Source: Spirochaetota bacterium
GTDB lineage: Bacteria > Spirochaetota > UBA4802 > JAFGDQ01
NCBI GenBank assembly: GCA_043803405.1
Contig: JAZDKB010000019.1
Span: forward strand, 192,001 to 256,000
Direction of reading: 5' to 3'
Length of the DNA stretch: 64,000 nt
The position numbers and the translations under genes are program-made. Shown piece by piece: positions 42,319-52,276 of this stretch. Each line of letters opens with the position of its first letter. Position 1 is the first letter of the stretch. The notes below the pieces were generated by a model. The model was not told the origin of the DNA, did not search any database, and saw only the letters and a list, made by a program, of their open reading frames with translations.

Positions 42319-42867
42319 TTACAGCTGGTACTGGCTTATTAAGTTTTCAAGCTCTTTAAGCTTTTTAATTAATTTTTCTTTTCCGCCGCTTTTGCTGCAT
42401 AAATTTTTCACTTCGGTTATTCCGTTTTTTATTTCCGACATATCTTCCGTTAATGCCTGCGATACCTGTGTTAAAGTAATGGAGCAGTCGTAAAGCTGAT
42501 CGCCTTCCCTGAGCGCCGTAAAGGTTTTTAAATTTTTATTTAAAATGTCTTTTAACGCCTCGTTAAAACGATAGAGAGGACCGGCAACTTTATGAGAAGC
42601 ATAAAGCACAAATACGGCAATAATAATTGAGGATACCAGCATATTAATAATCGATAATGTAAGTATAATAGGGAAAAGCATATCCTTGACATTCTTGTAA
42701 GTGACATGCGCCGAGAGCAAGTTGGTTTCTACTTCGCTGTTTAAAAAGATATATAAAAAGAAGCCGAATATTATCATTATCAGTATATTAATAATAATGA
42801 ATTTAGAGATTAACCTTACCTGGAACTCTCTATTAATAAGAATTATATGCCTTCTGTTCTTATCCAT
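42319..42867 (-). CDS. Two-TM membrane protein with HAMP/MCP-like C-terminus
   Basis: RR..INREFQ, SHKVAGPLYRF, LREGDQL, coiled-coil tail. Confidence 0.65.
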   Translation of the reverse strand: MDKNRRHIILINREFQVRLISKFIIINILIMIIFGFFLYIFLNSEVETNLLSAHVTYKNVKDMLFPIILTLSIINMLVSSIIIAVFVLYASHKVAGPLYRFNEALKDILNKNLKTFTALREGDQLYDCSITLTQVSQALTEDMSEIKNGITEVKNLCSKSGGKEKLIKKLKELENLISQYQL

Positions 42868-42880
42868 TTTTTAATCCTCC

Positions 42881-43336
42881 TTAATGGCATGTTTTGCAAA
42901 GCTGGCCTTTATTGTTTTTTTTAATCAAATAATATGTTTTGTAATGCGGTTTACCGGAAAATATTTTTTCATAAAGACTTTCGGCCTTCCACGAATTACT
43001 ATCGTATCTGTTTTCTTTAAGGTTGTGACATGTAATGCATGTTAGTCTTTTTTTTCCGGTTAATATAAATTCTTCAGGGAGTTTTTCAACGATTTTATTG
43101 TTTATGGCATGGTGATTTTTTATTTCTTTATGACACGTTAAGCATTGAGGGGAGCAGGCCAGTGCCGGATCGCCTACTTTAATATTTTTACTGATTTTAT
43201 TGTGACAGGCTGCGCAATTATTTGCATCCTTCACAAAAGGATGGATTTTTATCGTTTCATTGTCGAAAGCTGCGGCAAAAACAGCCATAACCGATATGCC
43301 GGTTAAGAAAAATAAAATTTTTCGCCAGAGACGCAT
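42881..43336 (-). CDS. Exported tetraheme cytochrome c
   Basis: Signal peptide; CAACH, CLTCH, CITCH, CKTCH. Confidence 0.85.
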   Translation of the reverse strand: MRLWRKILFFLTGISVMAVFAAAFDNETIKIHPFVKDANNCAACHNKISKNIKVGDPALACSPQCLTCHKEIKNHHAINNKIVEKLPEEFILTGKKRLTCITCHNLKENRYDSNSWKAESLYEKIFSGKPHYKTYYLIKKNNKGQLCKTCH

Positions 43337-43348
43337 TTATTTGCTCCG

Positions 43349-44554
43349 TTAAAATCTGATAACAAGCTGAATGTAATATAACATATCGTTATAATATTGA
43401 TCGGATTCATATTCTTCATACGCAGTTAAGTACTTTATGTATTCCAGTTTTAAATATGATATACGGGCAATGTTTATATTTAAACCTGCTGTTGCCCTGC
43501 TGATAGAGCTTTTCTCTACGCCTTCCCGGTAATTAATTGAAACAATTTCCTCTGATGTATATTTGTCGTACCTTCCGTAAAGGATAACAGGCAGCCTGGA
43601 GAAATAATTAAAGTCGATTGCGCCTGTTACATGGTAACCGTACAGCAATATACCGGCGTTCTTATCGCGGTAATAATATTCGGAACTAAGGATGACCGGG
43701 CCCACCTTGCTTTCCATATCGCCTGCAAATATTTTTTCCGCAGTTGCACCGTCCCTGTCAATATCGTGTATATATGAAAAGCCGAATTCAAGAGGCGACA
43801 TGGATGCCGATTTTAGGGTATATGGATTATTAAACGGAGTAATCCCTATCCGTCCGCCGAACGAGTTCCCGCCGTAAGAGTATTGCTGTTCAATACCTTT
43901 AAGCATGTAAAGACTTGCATTGACCGATATAAAATTCAAGAGTAGTCTTATTCCTTCGTCATTATATCCGCCGTCCATTATTAGCTCTGTCGTTAACGGA
44001 GGCGTTACCGTTATCCTGTCCGGCGCAGGGACGTACCGCCAGTCATTCCCGAAAGGGACATCGAATTTCCCGATCTGAAGGTGCAGACCTTCATCCCTGA
44101 ACATCCGTCCGCTCGGAGATATGTTGCCGCCGAATAAATGATAATCTATAAATCCCGTTCTTAACTCGGCACCATCGTGAAAGACAAGCGCTGCCGCTAC
44201 CTGGAAGTGATCGTAATTATGGGCGATATCCAGCTCAAAAGGCCCAATCAAAAAGATATTCGGTTTGTTCTTGTAATTTGAAATACTGACATCAAAAAAT
44301 CCGTTTATTTTCAGAGCGCTCATCACGTCTACTTTTTTCTTTAATGTTTCCAGTTCGGTTTTTGTGTCTTCCAGTTCGTCCACTCTTGTTTTTAGTTCGT
44401 CAATTTCTTCCCTGATGGTTTTTGCTTTGGGCGCGTTTTTGTCATTTTGATTTTCTGCCTGGCTTAATAAAATACCGGCTTCCTCGAACATAGTCTGCGC
44501 CGGGTTCAGCGACATAAATAAAGTTATGAGAGTAAAAATTATTATTTTTTTCAT
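43349..44554 (-). CDS. Outer-membrane porin-like beta-barrel with N-terminal coiled coil
   Basis: Signal peptide; EEIDELKTRVDELE coil; IGKFDVPFG; C-terminal YYIQLVIRF. Confidence 0.7.
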   Translation of the reverse strand: MKKIIIFTLITLFMSLNPAQTMFEEAGILLSQAENQNDKNAPKAKTIREEIDELKTRVDELEDTKTELETLKKKVDVMSALKINGFFDVSISNYKNKPNIFLIGPFELDIAHNYDHFQVAAALVFHDGAELRTGFIDYHLFGGNISPSGRMFRDEGLHLQIGKFDVPFGNDWRYVPAPDRITVTPPLTTELIMDGGYNDEGIRLLLNFISVNASLYMLKGIEQQYSYGGNSFGGRIGITPFNNPYTLKSASMSPLEFGFSYIHDIDRDGATAEKIFAGDMESKVGPVILSSEYYYRDKNAGILLYGYHVTGAIDFNYFSRLPVILYGRYDKYTSEEIVSINYREGVEKSSISRATAGLNINIARISYLKLEYIKYLTAYEEYESDQYYNDMLYYIQLVIRF

Positions 44555-44558
44555 GTTT

Positions 44559-45194
44559 TTAATCTATAAAAGGCGGACCGTATATCTCTCTTGCCCTTGC
44601 TGCATCGAGATCCGTTATTTCTTCGCTTGGATCTATCTGGTTTGCAGTTTTAGATACTATTGTAGGGCTTCCGTTTATGCTGAAAGCTGTCTTATCATAA
44701 TGCATAATTGACAGATAATCATATTCGAATTTTTGTTCTATATAAAGCGGATTATCGATCAGATCAAAATTATAATCCTTTCCGGTTAGAATGTTGTTCC
44801 ATATAATATTTACGTATAAATCCCTGTCCGGTCTTTGATGTTCATGAACGAGGCCAAGGCAATGCCCCAGTTCATGTACAATTACGCTAATGTCGGAATA
44901 TGATCTACCGAATATCATCCGGCACTGGGAGTTGTTTTCCCCTATTGACGACTGCCATTCCTGCGCCGATACGCGGATTATTGCATAAGCGCTTGAGCGC
45001 GGGCTAACCTTTACGAATTTCACTCCGCATACGCTTTCCCAACATCTCATCGCATCCGAAATATTCTGCTCGTCCTGCGAAGAAAATTCACCTTTAAGAT
45101 AATAGGGTATTATGCCGTCTTCCCATTTGCCTATGGTGAAGTCAAATGTGCATGCCTGAAACAGCAAAAAAATAAATATTATATAGAATTTCAT
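44559..45194 (-). CDS. Astacin-family (M12A) metallopeptidase, lipoprotein
   Basis: HELGHCLGLVHEHQRPDRD zinc motif, YDYLSIMHY Met-turn, lipobox FQAC. Confidence 0.92.
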   Translation of the reverse strand: MKFYIIFIFLLFQACTFDFTIGKWEDGIIPYYLKGEFSSQDEQNISDAMRCWESVCGVKFVKVSPRSSAYAIIRVSAQEWQSSIGENNSQCRMIFGRSYSDISVIVHELGHCLGLVHEHQRPDRDLYVNIIWNNILTGKDYNFDLIDNPLYIEQKFEYDYLSIMHYDKTAFSINGSPTIVSKTANQIDPSEEITDLDAARAREIYGPPFID

Positions 45195-45332
45195 TTTTTA
45201 TTTTGCGAGATGAATGAGATGATTATATTGTATCAGAAACCGGTGTATTGTCACGAAAAAAATATAATTTTTTATTGTAAGGCGACTCTTAGAGGTACCC
45301 GGTTTATCTATAGATATTCTTTTTCAGCAATA

Positions 45333-46370
45333 TTATTTCTTTACCGCCCAGCGAAGTTTTGCGCCTGATGAGCGCGGGTTATCGTGCTGCTCCCGGAACG
45401 AAGGGCGTATCGGACGACGGACGCATTCCGAGAAAATGCCGTTCGTCACATATTCCTTGAATTTTTTTTTCACCCTGCGGTCTTCTCCTGAATGAAAAGT
45501 AAGAATCGCAACCCGCCCATTGGGCTTTAAACAGCGCGGAATTGACAGCAGCAATTTATCGAGCGCCCCGAATTCATTATTCACCGCAACGCGAAGCGCC
45601 TGGAATGTCCTCTGTACTGACTGTTTTGCCTCCTCAGGTTTTATTCCTTTTTTATACAACGCATTGATAATTATTTTCGCAAGGCCGTCTGTTGTGTGGC
45701 ATTCATTTCTATGGCTGAAAATTTTTTTCCCGATAAGTTTCGCATACGGCTCGTCTGCATTTTCTATTAATATATTAATAATTAAATCTTCTGTGCTGTT
45801 CATAAGCAGCTGGGCTGCTGTCCCGCCCGAGCAGGGATCAAGCCGCAAATCCAGCGGCGCCGGATTCCTGAAAGAAAACCCCCTTTCCGGAGTATCGAGT
45901 TGCATTGAAGATACGCCTAAATCTGCCAGGATAAAATCAAATCCTTCCGGATATAATTCAAGGCAGCTTTCAATTTCAGAAAAATTTATATACTTCGTAA
46001 TAAATAATGATTCATCATAGCCGCTCTTGCGGATTCGCTTTTCGGCTTTTGAGAGTTCTATTGAGTCAACGTCAATTCCGATGAGTGCGCCGCCAGGCAT
46101 AATGCGCGGCAGTATTTCCATGCTGTGCCCTCCATATCCGAGGGTGCAGTCGATCCCGATCATGCCGGTTTTTAAATTGAGCGCAGTGCAAATCTCTTCA
46201 GTGCAAATAGGGCGGTGCGATCCTGCCGGGGTGTGGCCGCGCAGTTTTATTTTCTCAATATCATCCTGATATTTTTCAGGATTCAGTTCCTTATATTTTT
46301 CATTGAATTTTTTAGGATGGGTCCCGGAATATCGAACGCGCCGCTTAAATTGTTTTGGTTCATCTGTCAT
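45333..46370 (-). CDS. rsmH: RsmH (MraW)-family methyltransferase, stand-alone paralog-like
   Basis: DCTLGYGGH, DLGVSSMQLD..RGFS, RTFQALRVAVN, TFHSGEDR, NPRS..AKLR; ATG at 46370. Confidence 0.85.
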   Translation of the reverse strand: MTDEPKQFKRRVRYSGTHPKKFNEKYKELNPEKYQDDIEKIKLRGHTPAGSHRPICTEEICTALNLKTGMIGIDCTLGYGGHSMEILPRIMPGGALIGIDVDSIELSKAEKRIRKSGYDESLFITKYINFSEIESCLELYPEGFDFILADLGVSSMQLDTPERGFSFRNPAPLDLRLDPCSGGTAAQLLMNSTEDLIINILIENADEPYAKLIGKKIFSHRNECHTTDGLAKIIINALYKKGIKPEEAKQSVQRTFQALRVAVNNEFGALDKLLLSIPRCLKPNGRVAILTFHSGEDRRVKKKFKEYVTNGIFSECVRRPIRPSFREQHDNPRSSGAKLRWAVKK

Positions 46371-46631
46371 AGAAATCCTTCGTCCGGTACAGTGTAACAA
46401 ATAATTAAATACTTTTTTTATAACTGCAAAAAGAGAGAATTAATTGCCATTAATTTAGAAAGTTTATCAGTAATATAATATTACAAATTATCTAAAGGGG
46501 ATATCAAGATATATTTTTTGTGTGCTTTCTTTCAGTAACTTAACGAAAAAATAGTCTGAAATTAAATTGACTTTTCAGAAATTTCATAATGATATTACAG
46601 TAAATAAATATAGCCGGAGATGAAATAGATA

Positions 46632-47738
46632 GTGGGAAATTTTACTGCTATAATACCTGCAGCAGGACTCTCTTCACGGATGAAATTGTTCAAGCCGCTG
46701 CTCCCGTTCGGATCATCTTTAGTAATAGAAAAGACAGTAAATACATTCAAACAGGCCGGCATTACAGACATCAGAGTTGTTGTCGGGTATAAACGAAATC
46801 TTCTTCAGCGGTTCCTGAACGGGCTTTCGGTAAAAAGTATAGTCAATTATAATTATATGGAAGGTATGCATTCATCAATAATAGCCGGAGTCGCGACCCT
46901 TGACAATGCAACAGAAGCTTTTTTTGTTCTGCCGGGCGATTGCCCTTTCATACAGCCTGGTACAATCATTGAAATGCAGAATGTATATGTAAGAAATTTT
47001 ACTAATATAGTTTATCCGACATATCACGGACAGCGCGGCCATCCTGTGCTAATTTCATCCGGGCTTATTTCAAAAATATTGACAGAAGATATTTCCAAAG
47101 GCCTCCGGTCTTTACTTGAACAGCAGGAAAAATTTATCGAGATGCCGGTTGATGATCCCGGAGTTACCTATGACATGGATTCGATCAGTGACTACCTCAG
47201 CTTTCCCGGGAATAACGCAGATCCATTCCCGTCTGAAGAGGAATGTATGGCATTACTTAAAAAAACAAATGTTCAGGAAAAGGTTGTGGCTCATTCAAAA
47301 GAGGTTTCGCGCATCGGGATTATTTTAGCTGAATATCTGAACAGCACAGGGCTCAGGATCAATACCGGACTTGTAATGGCTGCTGGCTTTCTGCATGATA
47401 TTATGAAAGGCCAGCATGATCACGCGCATAAAGGCGCTGACATATTATCCGGGATCGGATATAAGAGGATTGCCGACATTATAGCGCAGCATGTGGATAT
47501 CAGCAATAATGCTCTCGAAGAAATAAACGAAGCTGCAATATTATATCTTGCAGATAAAATAATGAAAGAGGATAAGCCGGTTCTGCTGGAAGAACGCCTT
47601 GCTGATTCCATGTCTAAGCATGCACATGACGGATCGGCAATAAATAATATAAAGAAACGTTTTAATAACGCCTTTTTAATTAAAAGCAGGATTGAGAAAA
47701 TTATTGGATTGAAAATAGAAGATATTCTTAAGGATTAA
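46632..47738 (+). CDS. MocA-like nucleotidyltransferase fused to an HD domain (DVU_1551-like)
   Basis: AAGLSSRM..FKPLL, PGDCP, RGHPVLI, DMD; C-terminal HS..V, LHDI.K, YLADK. Confidence 0.85.
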   Translation: MGNFTAIIPAAGLSSRMKLFKPLLPFGSSLVIEKTVNTFKQAGITDIRVVVGYKRNLLQRFLNGLSVKSIVNYNYMEGMHSSIIAGVATLDNATEAFFVLPGDCPFIQPGTIIEMQNVYVRNFTNIVYPTYHGQRGHPVLISSGLISKILTEDISKGLRSLLEQQEKFIEMPVDDPGVTYDMDSISDYLSFPGNNADPFPSEEECMALLKKTNVQEKVVAHSKEVSRIGIILAEYLNSTGLRINTGLVMAAGFLHDIMKGQHDHAHKGADILSGIGYKRIADIIAQHVDISNNALEEINEAAILYLADKIMKEDKPVLLEERLADSMSKHAHDGSAINNIKKRFNNAFLIKSRIEKIIGLKIEDILKD

Positions 47739-47747
47739 TCCCCTAGT

Positions 47748-48392
47748 ATGAAGGAAAGAACAATATATCTCATCAGACACGCTGAGCCTGCTTCCGACGG
47801 ACAGAGGCGTTACCTGGGGCAAACCGATCCTGAACTTAGCGAAAAAGGACAAGTTCAGGCAAATGCTCTTGCAGAGAAGCTGGGAGTGAATGCAATCTCT
47901 TCTATCTATAGCAGCGATCTCATCCGGGCTATGACTACAGCAAAAAAAATTGCCGGAAAATTCAACCTGCCTGTAAACCAGGATAAACGCCTGCGTGAAA
48001 TACATATGGGGAACTGGGAAAATATTTCTTTTGAAGAAGTGCAGCTCAGGTTTCCTGAGGAGTACGAAAGGCGTGGAAATGACATAGTAAATTACCGGAC
48101 AAAAGGCGGCGAAAGCTTTGCTGACGTAAGGGGCAGGGCGGTTACTGCCTTTTATGAAATAATAACCGGAACCGCAGGAAACATCGTGATAGCTTCCCAT
48201 TCCGGAGCTATTCGTACCATTCTTTGCACAATAATGTCAGTCCCGCTTGAGACCCTGTTCAGCATTAAGATTATGATTGATTATGCATCTGTTCAGACGA
48301 TTATAAAAAATGAGGATGAGCTTATTATCGATGGTAAAGCTTATCCTGTTGCCAATCTTGAGAAGCAGATTTCCGGTTTAAAAAATATATAA
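47748..48392 (+). CDS. Histidine phosphatase family protein
   Basis: YLIRH, SSDL.RA..TA, LREI.MG.WE, GGESF, SHSG. Confidence 0.9.
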   Translation: MKERTIYLIRHAEPASDGQRRYLGQTDPELSEKGQVQANALAEKLGVNAISSIYSSDLIRAMTTAKKIAGKFNLPVNQDKRLREIHMGNWENISFEEVQLRFPEEYERRGNDIVNYRTKGGESFADVRGRAVTAFYEIITGTAGNIVIASHSGAIRTILCTIMSVPLETLFSIKIMIDYASVQTIIKNEDELIIDGKAYPVANLEKQISGLKNI

Positions 48393-48421
48393 TATAATAT
48401 TATTTAAGTTTTGCAGAATTA

Positions 48422-49753
48422 TCAGCTTTGTCTGAACCTTCTTTTGCCTGTTGCAGGTATATAGTCTGCATTGCATGTTTCCGACTCGACTGCTATTTCC
48501 AGCTTACCCAGGCTTTTTGCCTGCCGTACTCCCGGTATTTTATCTAAAGCATTATGAATTTCATGATCTGAAGGTTTTATCCTAAGCGTTGTAATTTTAA
48601 GCTTTAAAATAACGGATTCTTTTTTGCGTACAGCCGATGCATTATAATCAATAACTCCATCCAGAGGCAAAAGCCTTTCATCCAGATCGGCGATACTTAG
48701 GTAATAATCGTTGTCGATTAATACCGGACTGTTGCTGCGTGCTTTAATATTTTCGAGTCTGTGCAGAATAGTGCCGCACTGGCATCTGCCAGGAATAAAT
48801 CGTGAGAGATCTCCGGTGCGGTACCGGATCAACGGCATACCGTGTCTTGTCAGTGTAGTGAAAACAATCTCACCGTAACTGCCTTCGGGCAAAGGCTCGC
48901 CTGTTTGCGGATCAACAATCTCAAAGAACAAATCTGCTTCACGCAGGTGATATCCGATGTGGGCGCAGCATTCAACTCCTCCGCCCAGACCCATCTCAGT
49001 CATCCCGTAGTGATCAAATGTTTCACATTTAAAAATATTTTGCAGTATTTCTGCAATCGCTTGTGATAGATAATCAGTGCTAAGCAGGATCTTCTTTAAT
49101 TTGATCGGCGGTTTATTAACACCGGATTTGTAAAACCTTGCCAGAGCAAGCATCTGTATTGGTATTCCAACAGCTACATTGGCTACGGTATCCGCAAATT
49201 TCTGAATAGTTTCCGGAATGTTCTTAACGATTCCATGCCTGATTGGGACTGCGCCGAGCAGTTCGAGGGCAATTGCCAATAAATCGCCTACGCTTCCTGG
49301 ACGTTCACATGGGAGCAGTATAAGAACCCGGTCGCCTGCTTCCGTTAATGTAGACATTCCGGTTTTAAAAAAATCGATTGTCAGTTCCTGATCTTCGCTT
49401 GTGAAATACAACCGCTTGGGATTGCCTGTAGTACCGGATGTATCGAGCGTTACCACGCGGTTTATCTCGCCCTGGGATACACAGAGCATTTGAAGCGCAT
49501 TGGCCTGAATATCTTCCTGAGTAGTGAATGGCAGTCGGGTTAGATCATTCAAACTAGATAGTTTTTTTTCTGCGAAGCCCTGGAGACGATCATGATAGAA
49601 CCTGCTGTTTCGGCTTGCCTGGCCAATTGTCTCCTGAATTTTTTTCAGCTGATAATCTGAGATGGATTCTCTCGACAGGTTATCTTCCGGAGAAGCTATC
49701 TTCTTTTTTATCCATGCATCCAGAGGAGTAATGGGAACTGAAGGATGAGTCAT
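48422..49753 (-). CDS. Phenylacetate-CoA ligase-like AMP-forming enzyme (DVU_1553-like)
   Basis: TSGTTGNPK, HYGMTE, GEIVFTTL, MPLIRYRTGD, RCQCG. Confidence 0.85.
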   Translation of the reverse strand: MTHPSVPITPLDAWIKKKIASPEDNLSRESISDYQLKKIQETIGQASRNSRFYHDRLQGFAEKKLSSLNDLTRLPFTTQEDIQANALQMLCVSQGEINRVVTLDTSGTTGNPKRLYFTSEDQELTIDFFKTGMSTLTEAGDRVLILLPCERPGSVGDLLAIALELLGAVPIRHGIVKNIPETIQKFADTVANVAVGIPIQMLALARFYKSGVNKPPIKLKKILLSTDYLSQAIAEILQNIFKCETFDHYGMTEMGLGGGVECCAHIGYHLREADLFFEIVDPQTGEPLPEGSYGEIVFTTLTRHGMPLIRYRTGDLSRFIPGRCQCGTILHRLENIKARSNSPVLIDNDYYLSIADLDERLLPLDGVIDYNASAVRKKESVILKLKITTLRIKPSDHEIHNALDKIPGVRQAKSLGKLEIAVESETCNADYIPATGKRRFRQS

Positions 49754-51138
49754 GCTTTTGCCTTTTGGTTCCTGTATAGAGCCTTTCCGTTTTTAGCTGT
49801 AAGGTTATAAGCGCAAAAAGGTATGAGCCTGCCATCAGGGTGAAATACGAGTACATTACATTCTTTTAATCGTTCCAGTTCTAATGTCCATGCATCCTGA
49901 AATGCCATACCGGATATAACCAAAGAATAAGAACTAACCCTGTCAATAAACACGTCAAGACTATCGGTGTTTATTCCGGCGTCAGCATTTTGCAGTTTAT
50001 TATCTATAAAATTTAAATTTGATTTTTGAGTGTTATAAGATTTTGGAGCAGACCATTGTTTGGCTACAAACAGCCGTGTTTTTTCCAAGCCTTCGGATAT
50101 TTCTGGCTTTGTACAGCATTTTGTGTTTGAATATGATGTCAGCGGTTTTAAGCTGCAGTCTGGCATTAAAACAAAGTTGCCGTGAAATGAACAATAAGCG
50201 TTTTCAGCTTTTGCAGGCAGGAGATTTTCCTTCTTTATAAGACCGGCAGTCTGCTTCTCAATTTCACGCAGAAGCTCAGGTATTGTAGCCCTCTCGACAG
50301 GCGGTTCAAACGGATAGCGCCCGAAATAGCTTATCGGCTGAAAATGAACACCGCGTACATCAGGTATACGTTTTACTGCATAACGGATAATGTCGCCAAT
50401 ATTATTCAAGTTTATACCTCTCGCTACAGTCGGGACCAGCACTACGCCTATCCCATATGTCGCACAATTATCAATAGCTGCTTTCTTTATATCCAGCAGC
50501 GGTGCACCACGCAGTGCTTCATAGATATTGTCAGTCATTCCGTCAAACTGCAGGAAAACATTGTTTAATCCTGCATCTCTCAGTTTTTCCACATAATGCG
50601 GTTCTTTTGCTAAGCGAAGACCGTTTGTATTTAATTGTATATAATCGAAACCGAGTTTATGGCCGAGTTGAATTATTTCAGGCAGATCATCACGTACAGT
50701 TGGTTCTCCGCCGGATAGTTGAATGTTATAATTGCCGCCGCTGTCCAGCAGTCTGCGGTACCAGCTTTCTATAACTGTCTGATCGGGATCTGCGGCAGAA
50801 TCAGAAACTGTACTGGCGAAACAGACCGGACAATGAAGATTGCAGCGCTGTGTAATTTCCAGCAAGACGCAGCATGTTTCCTGGCGATGCTCCGGGCATA
50901 ATCCGCAATCGAAAGGGCATCCTGAATCAACCCTTGTGGAGAAAACGCCGGGGCTTGATGGAACTCTTGGAGCAGTCCAGTTTCTATATCCGGGTTCGCC
51001 TTGCCAGATTAATACGCGGAATATGCCGTGATCCGGGCATTCCTTGACAAGGTATATCCTGTCGCCGTCGATTTCTTTGTGAGCCGGAATGCGCTTAAGA
51101 CAGTCAGGGCAGACGCTTTCAGTGGCAATATTTTGCAT
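49750..51138 (-). CDS. Radical SAM protein, Tes/GDGT-MAS-related subfamily (DVU_1554/TrsS-like)
   Basis: TESVCPDC..KECPDHG, GCPFDCGLCPEH..TC, CNLHCPVCFA, QLSGGEP, FLQFDG, GRLIPFCAYN. Confidence 0.82.
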   Translation of the reverse strand: MQNIATESVCPDCLKRIPAHKEIDGDRIYLVKECPDHGIFRVLIWQGEPGYRNWTAPRVPSSPGVFSTRVDSGCPFDCGLCPEHRQETCCVLLEITQRCNLHCPVCFASTVSDSAADPDQTVIESWYRRLLDSGGNYNIQLSGGEPTVRDDLPEIIQLGHKLGFDYIQLNTNGLRLAKEPHYVEKLRDAGLNNVFLQFDGMTDNIYEALRGAPLLDIKKAAIDNCATYGIGVVLVPTVARGINLNNIGDIIRYAVKRIPDVRGVHFQPISYFGRYPFEPPVERATIPELLREIEKQTAGLIKKENLLPAKAENAYCSFHGNFVLMPDCSLKPLTSYSNTKCCTKPEISEGLEKTRLFVAKQWSAPKSYNTQKSNLNFIDNKLQNADAGINTDSLDVFIDRVSSYSLVISGMAFQDAWTLELERLKECNVLVFHPDGRLIPFCAYNLTAKNGKALYRNQKAKA

Positions 51139-51178
51139 GTAAATTATTCCTTGCTTGTTTGCTGTTGAGCAGTCAAAA

Positions 51179-52276
51179 TCAACAATACTTTATTGCAGAA
51201 TCTTTAACAGATATTTTTGGTACTTCAATGCTTCTTTCCCTGGCGGCGCGGACTTTGATTAATTCAGCGACTATACTTATTGCAATCTCTTCAGGTGTTT
51301 CGGCCATAATATCCAGTCCTATTGGCGAAAAAACACGAGCAAAATCATTGTCAGTAAAGCCTTGTTCTTCACTCAATTCACGATAGACAGCAGCCCGCTT
51401 GGTTCTGCTTCCTATCATCCCGATATAGGCTGCCGGTTTTGGCAGCATCTGTCCCAGAATGATTTTATCATGAAGATGACCTCTTGTGACAATTACAATG
51501 TAGCTGTCGCTGTCGATCTGCAGATCCGGCAGCTTTTCGAATGAGGACAACACCATAACATCAGCAGTTGGGAATCTTTCCTCGTTGGCGTAATCGGCGC
51601 GGTCATCCATGACCACGGTTTTAAATCCGACTGACTCAGCTATCAGAGCTGTTTTCTGCGATACATGACCTGCTCCGAAAAGATAAAGAGTGCCTGAATG
51701 ACGGATAGGCTCTACCAGCACCCGCTGGTCGTTAAGTACTTCAGAATGGATGGATATTTTTGCCGGGCCTAAGATTAGTTTGTTAAGGAATTCAGGATCG
51801 CATTCAAATTTTCCAACTAATGTTTTATCCTGCTTGATCAGACATTGCTGGCGCATTCCATGGTTTTTGGAAGTATTGCCAAGCCCGGTAATCAGCCATG
51901 CCTTTTCCCTGTTTTCCAGAGCATTTATAATATTTCTGTATATTGCAAGGTTATCCGGATTTGCAGCATTAAGATAATCGATAAAAAATTCACCGGTTCC
52001 GCCGCAGACCATATGCATTACGCCTGCGCTGTTCCCGTTTAAATTAAATTTTCTGGTCAGGGGGATTTTTGAGTCAAAGACCTGCCTGGCCAGGAGGCGC
52101 GCTTCTGCTTCGAGTTCGCCGCCGCCTACTGTGCCGGAAATTGATCCGTCTTTTCTTATAATCATCTTGGCACCTGCAGTGCGCGGAGCTGAACCGGCTT
52201 TATCGAAAATTGTTGCTGTTACAAAGCTTTCACCTGCAGACAGCAGATCAACCATTTCACTGAAAAGACGTTTCAT
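51179..52276 (-). CDS. xdhC: XdhC/CoxI family molybdoenzyme maturation factor
   Basis: GSAPR..GAKM, GTVGGG..E, CGG, FGAGHV, TRGH.HD, GMIGS, PIGLDI.AETPEEIA. Confidence 0.92.
   Translation of the reverse strand: MKRLFSEMVDLLSAGESFVTATIFDKAGSAPRTAGAKMIIRKDGSISGTVGGGELEAEARLLARQVFDSKIPLTRKFNLNGNSAGVMHMVCGGTGEFFIDYLNAANPDNLAIYRNIINALENREKAWLITGLGNTSKNHGMRQQCLIKQDKTLVGKFECDPEFLNKLILGPAKISIHSEVLNDQRVLVEPIRHSGTLYLFGAGHVSQKTALIAESVGFKTVVMDDRADYANEERFPTADVMVLSSFEKLPDLQIDSDSYIVIVTRGHLHDKIILGQMLPKPAAYIGMIGSRTKRAAVYRELSEEQGFTDNDFARVFSPIGLDIMAETPEEIAISIVAELIKVRAARERSIEVPKISVKDSAIKYC

Noticed and set aside
46227..46235. CGGGGTGTG matching the tRNA-Asp 3' end, as a possible second att site
   Set aside because: Only 9 bp and inside the intact rsmH reading frame; compatible with chance
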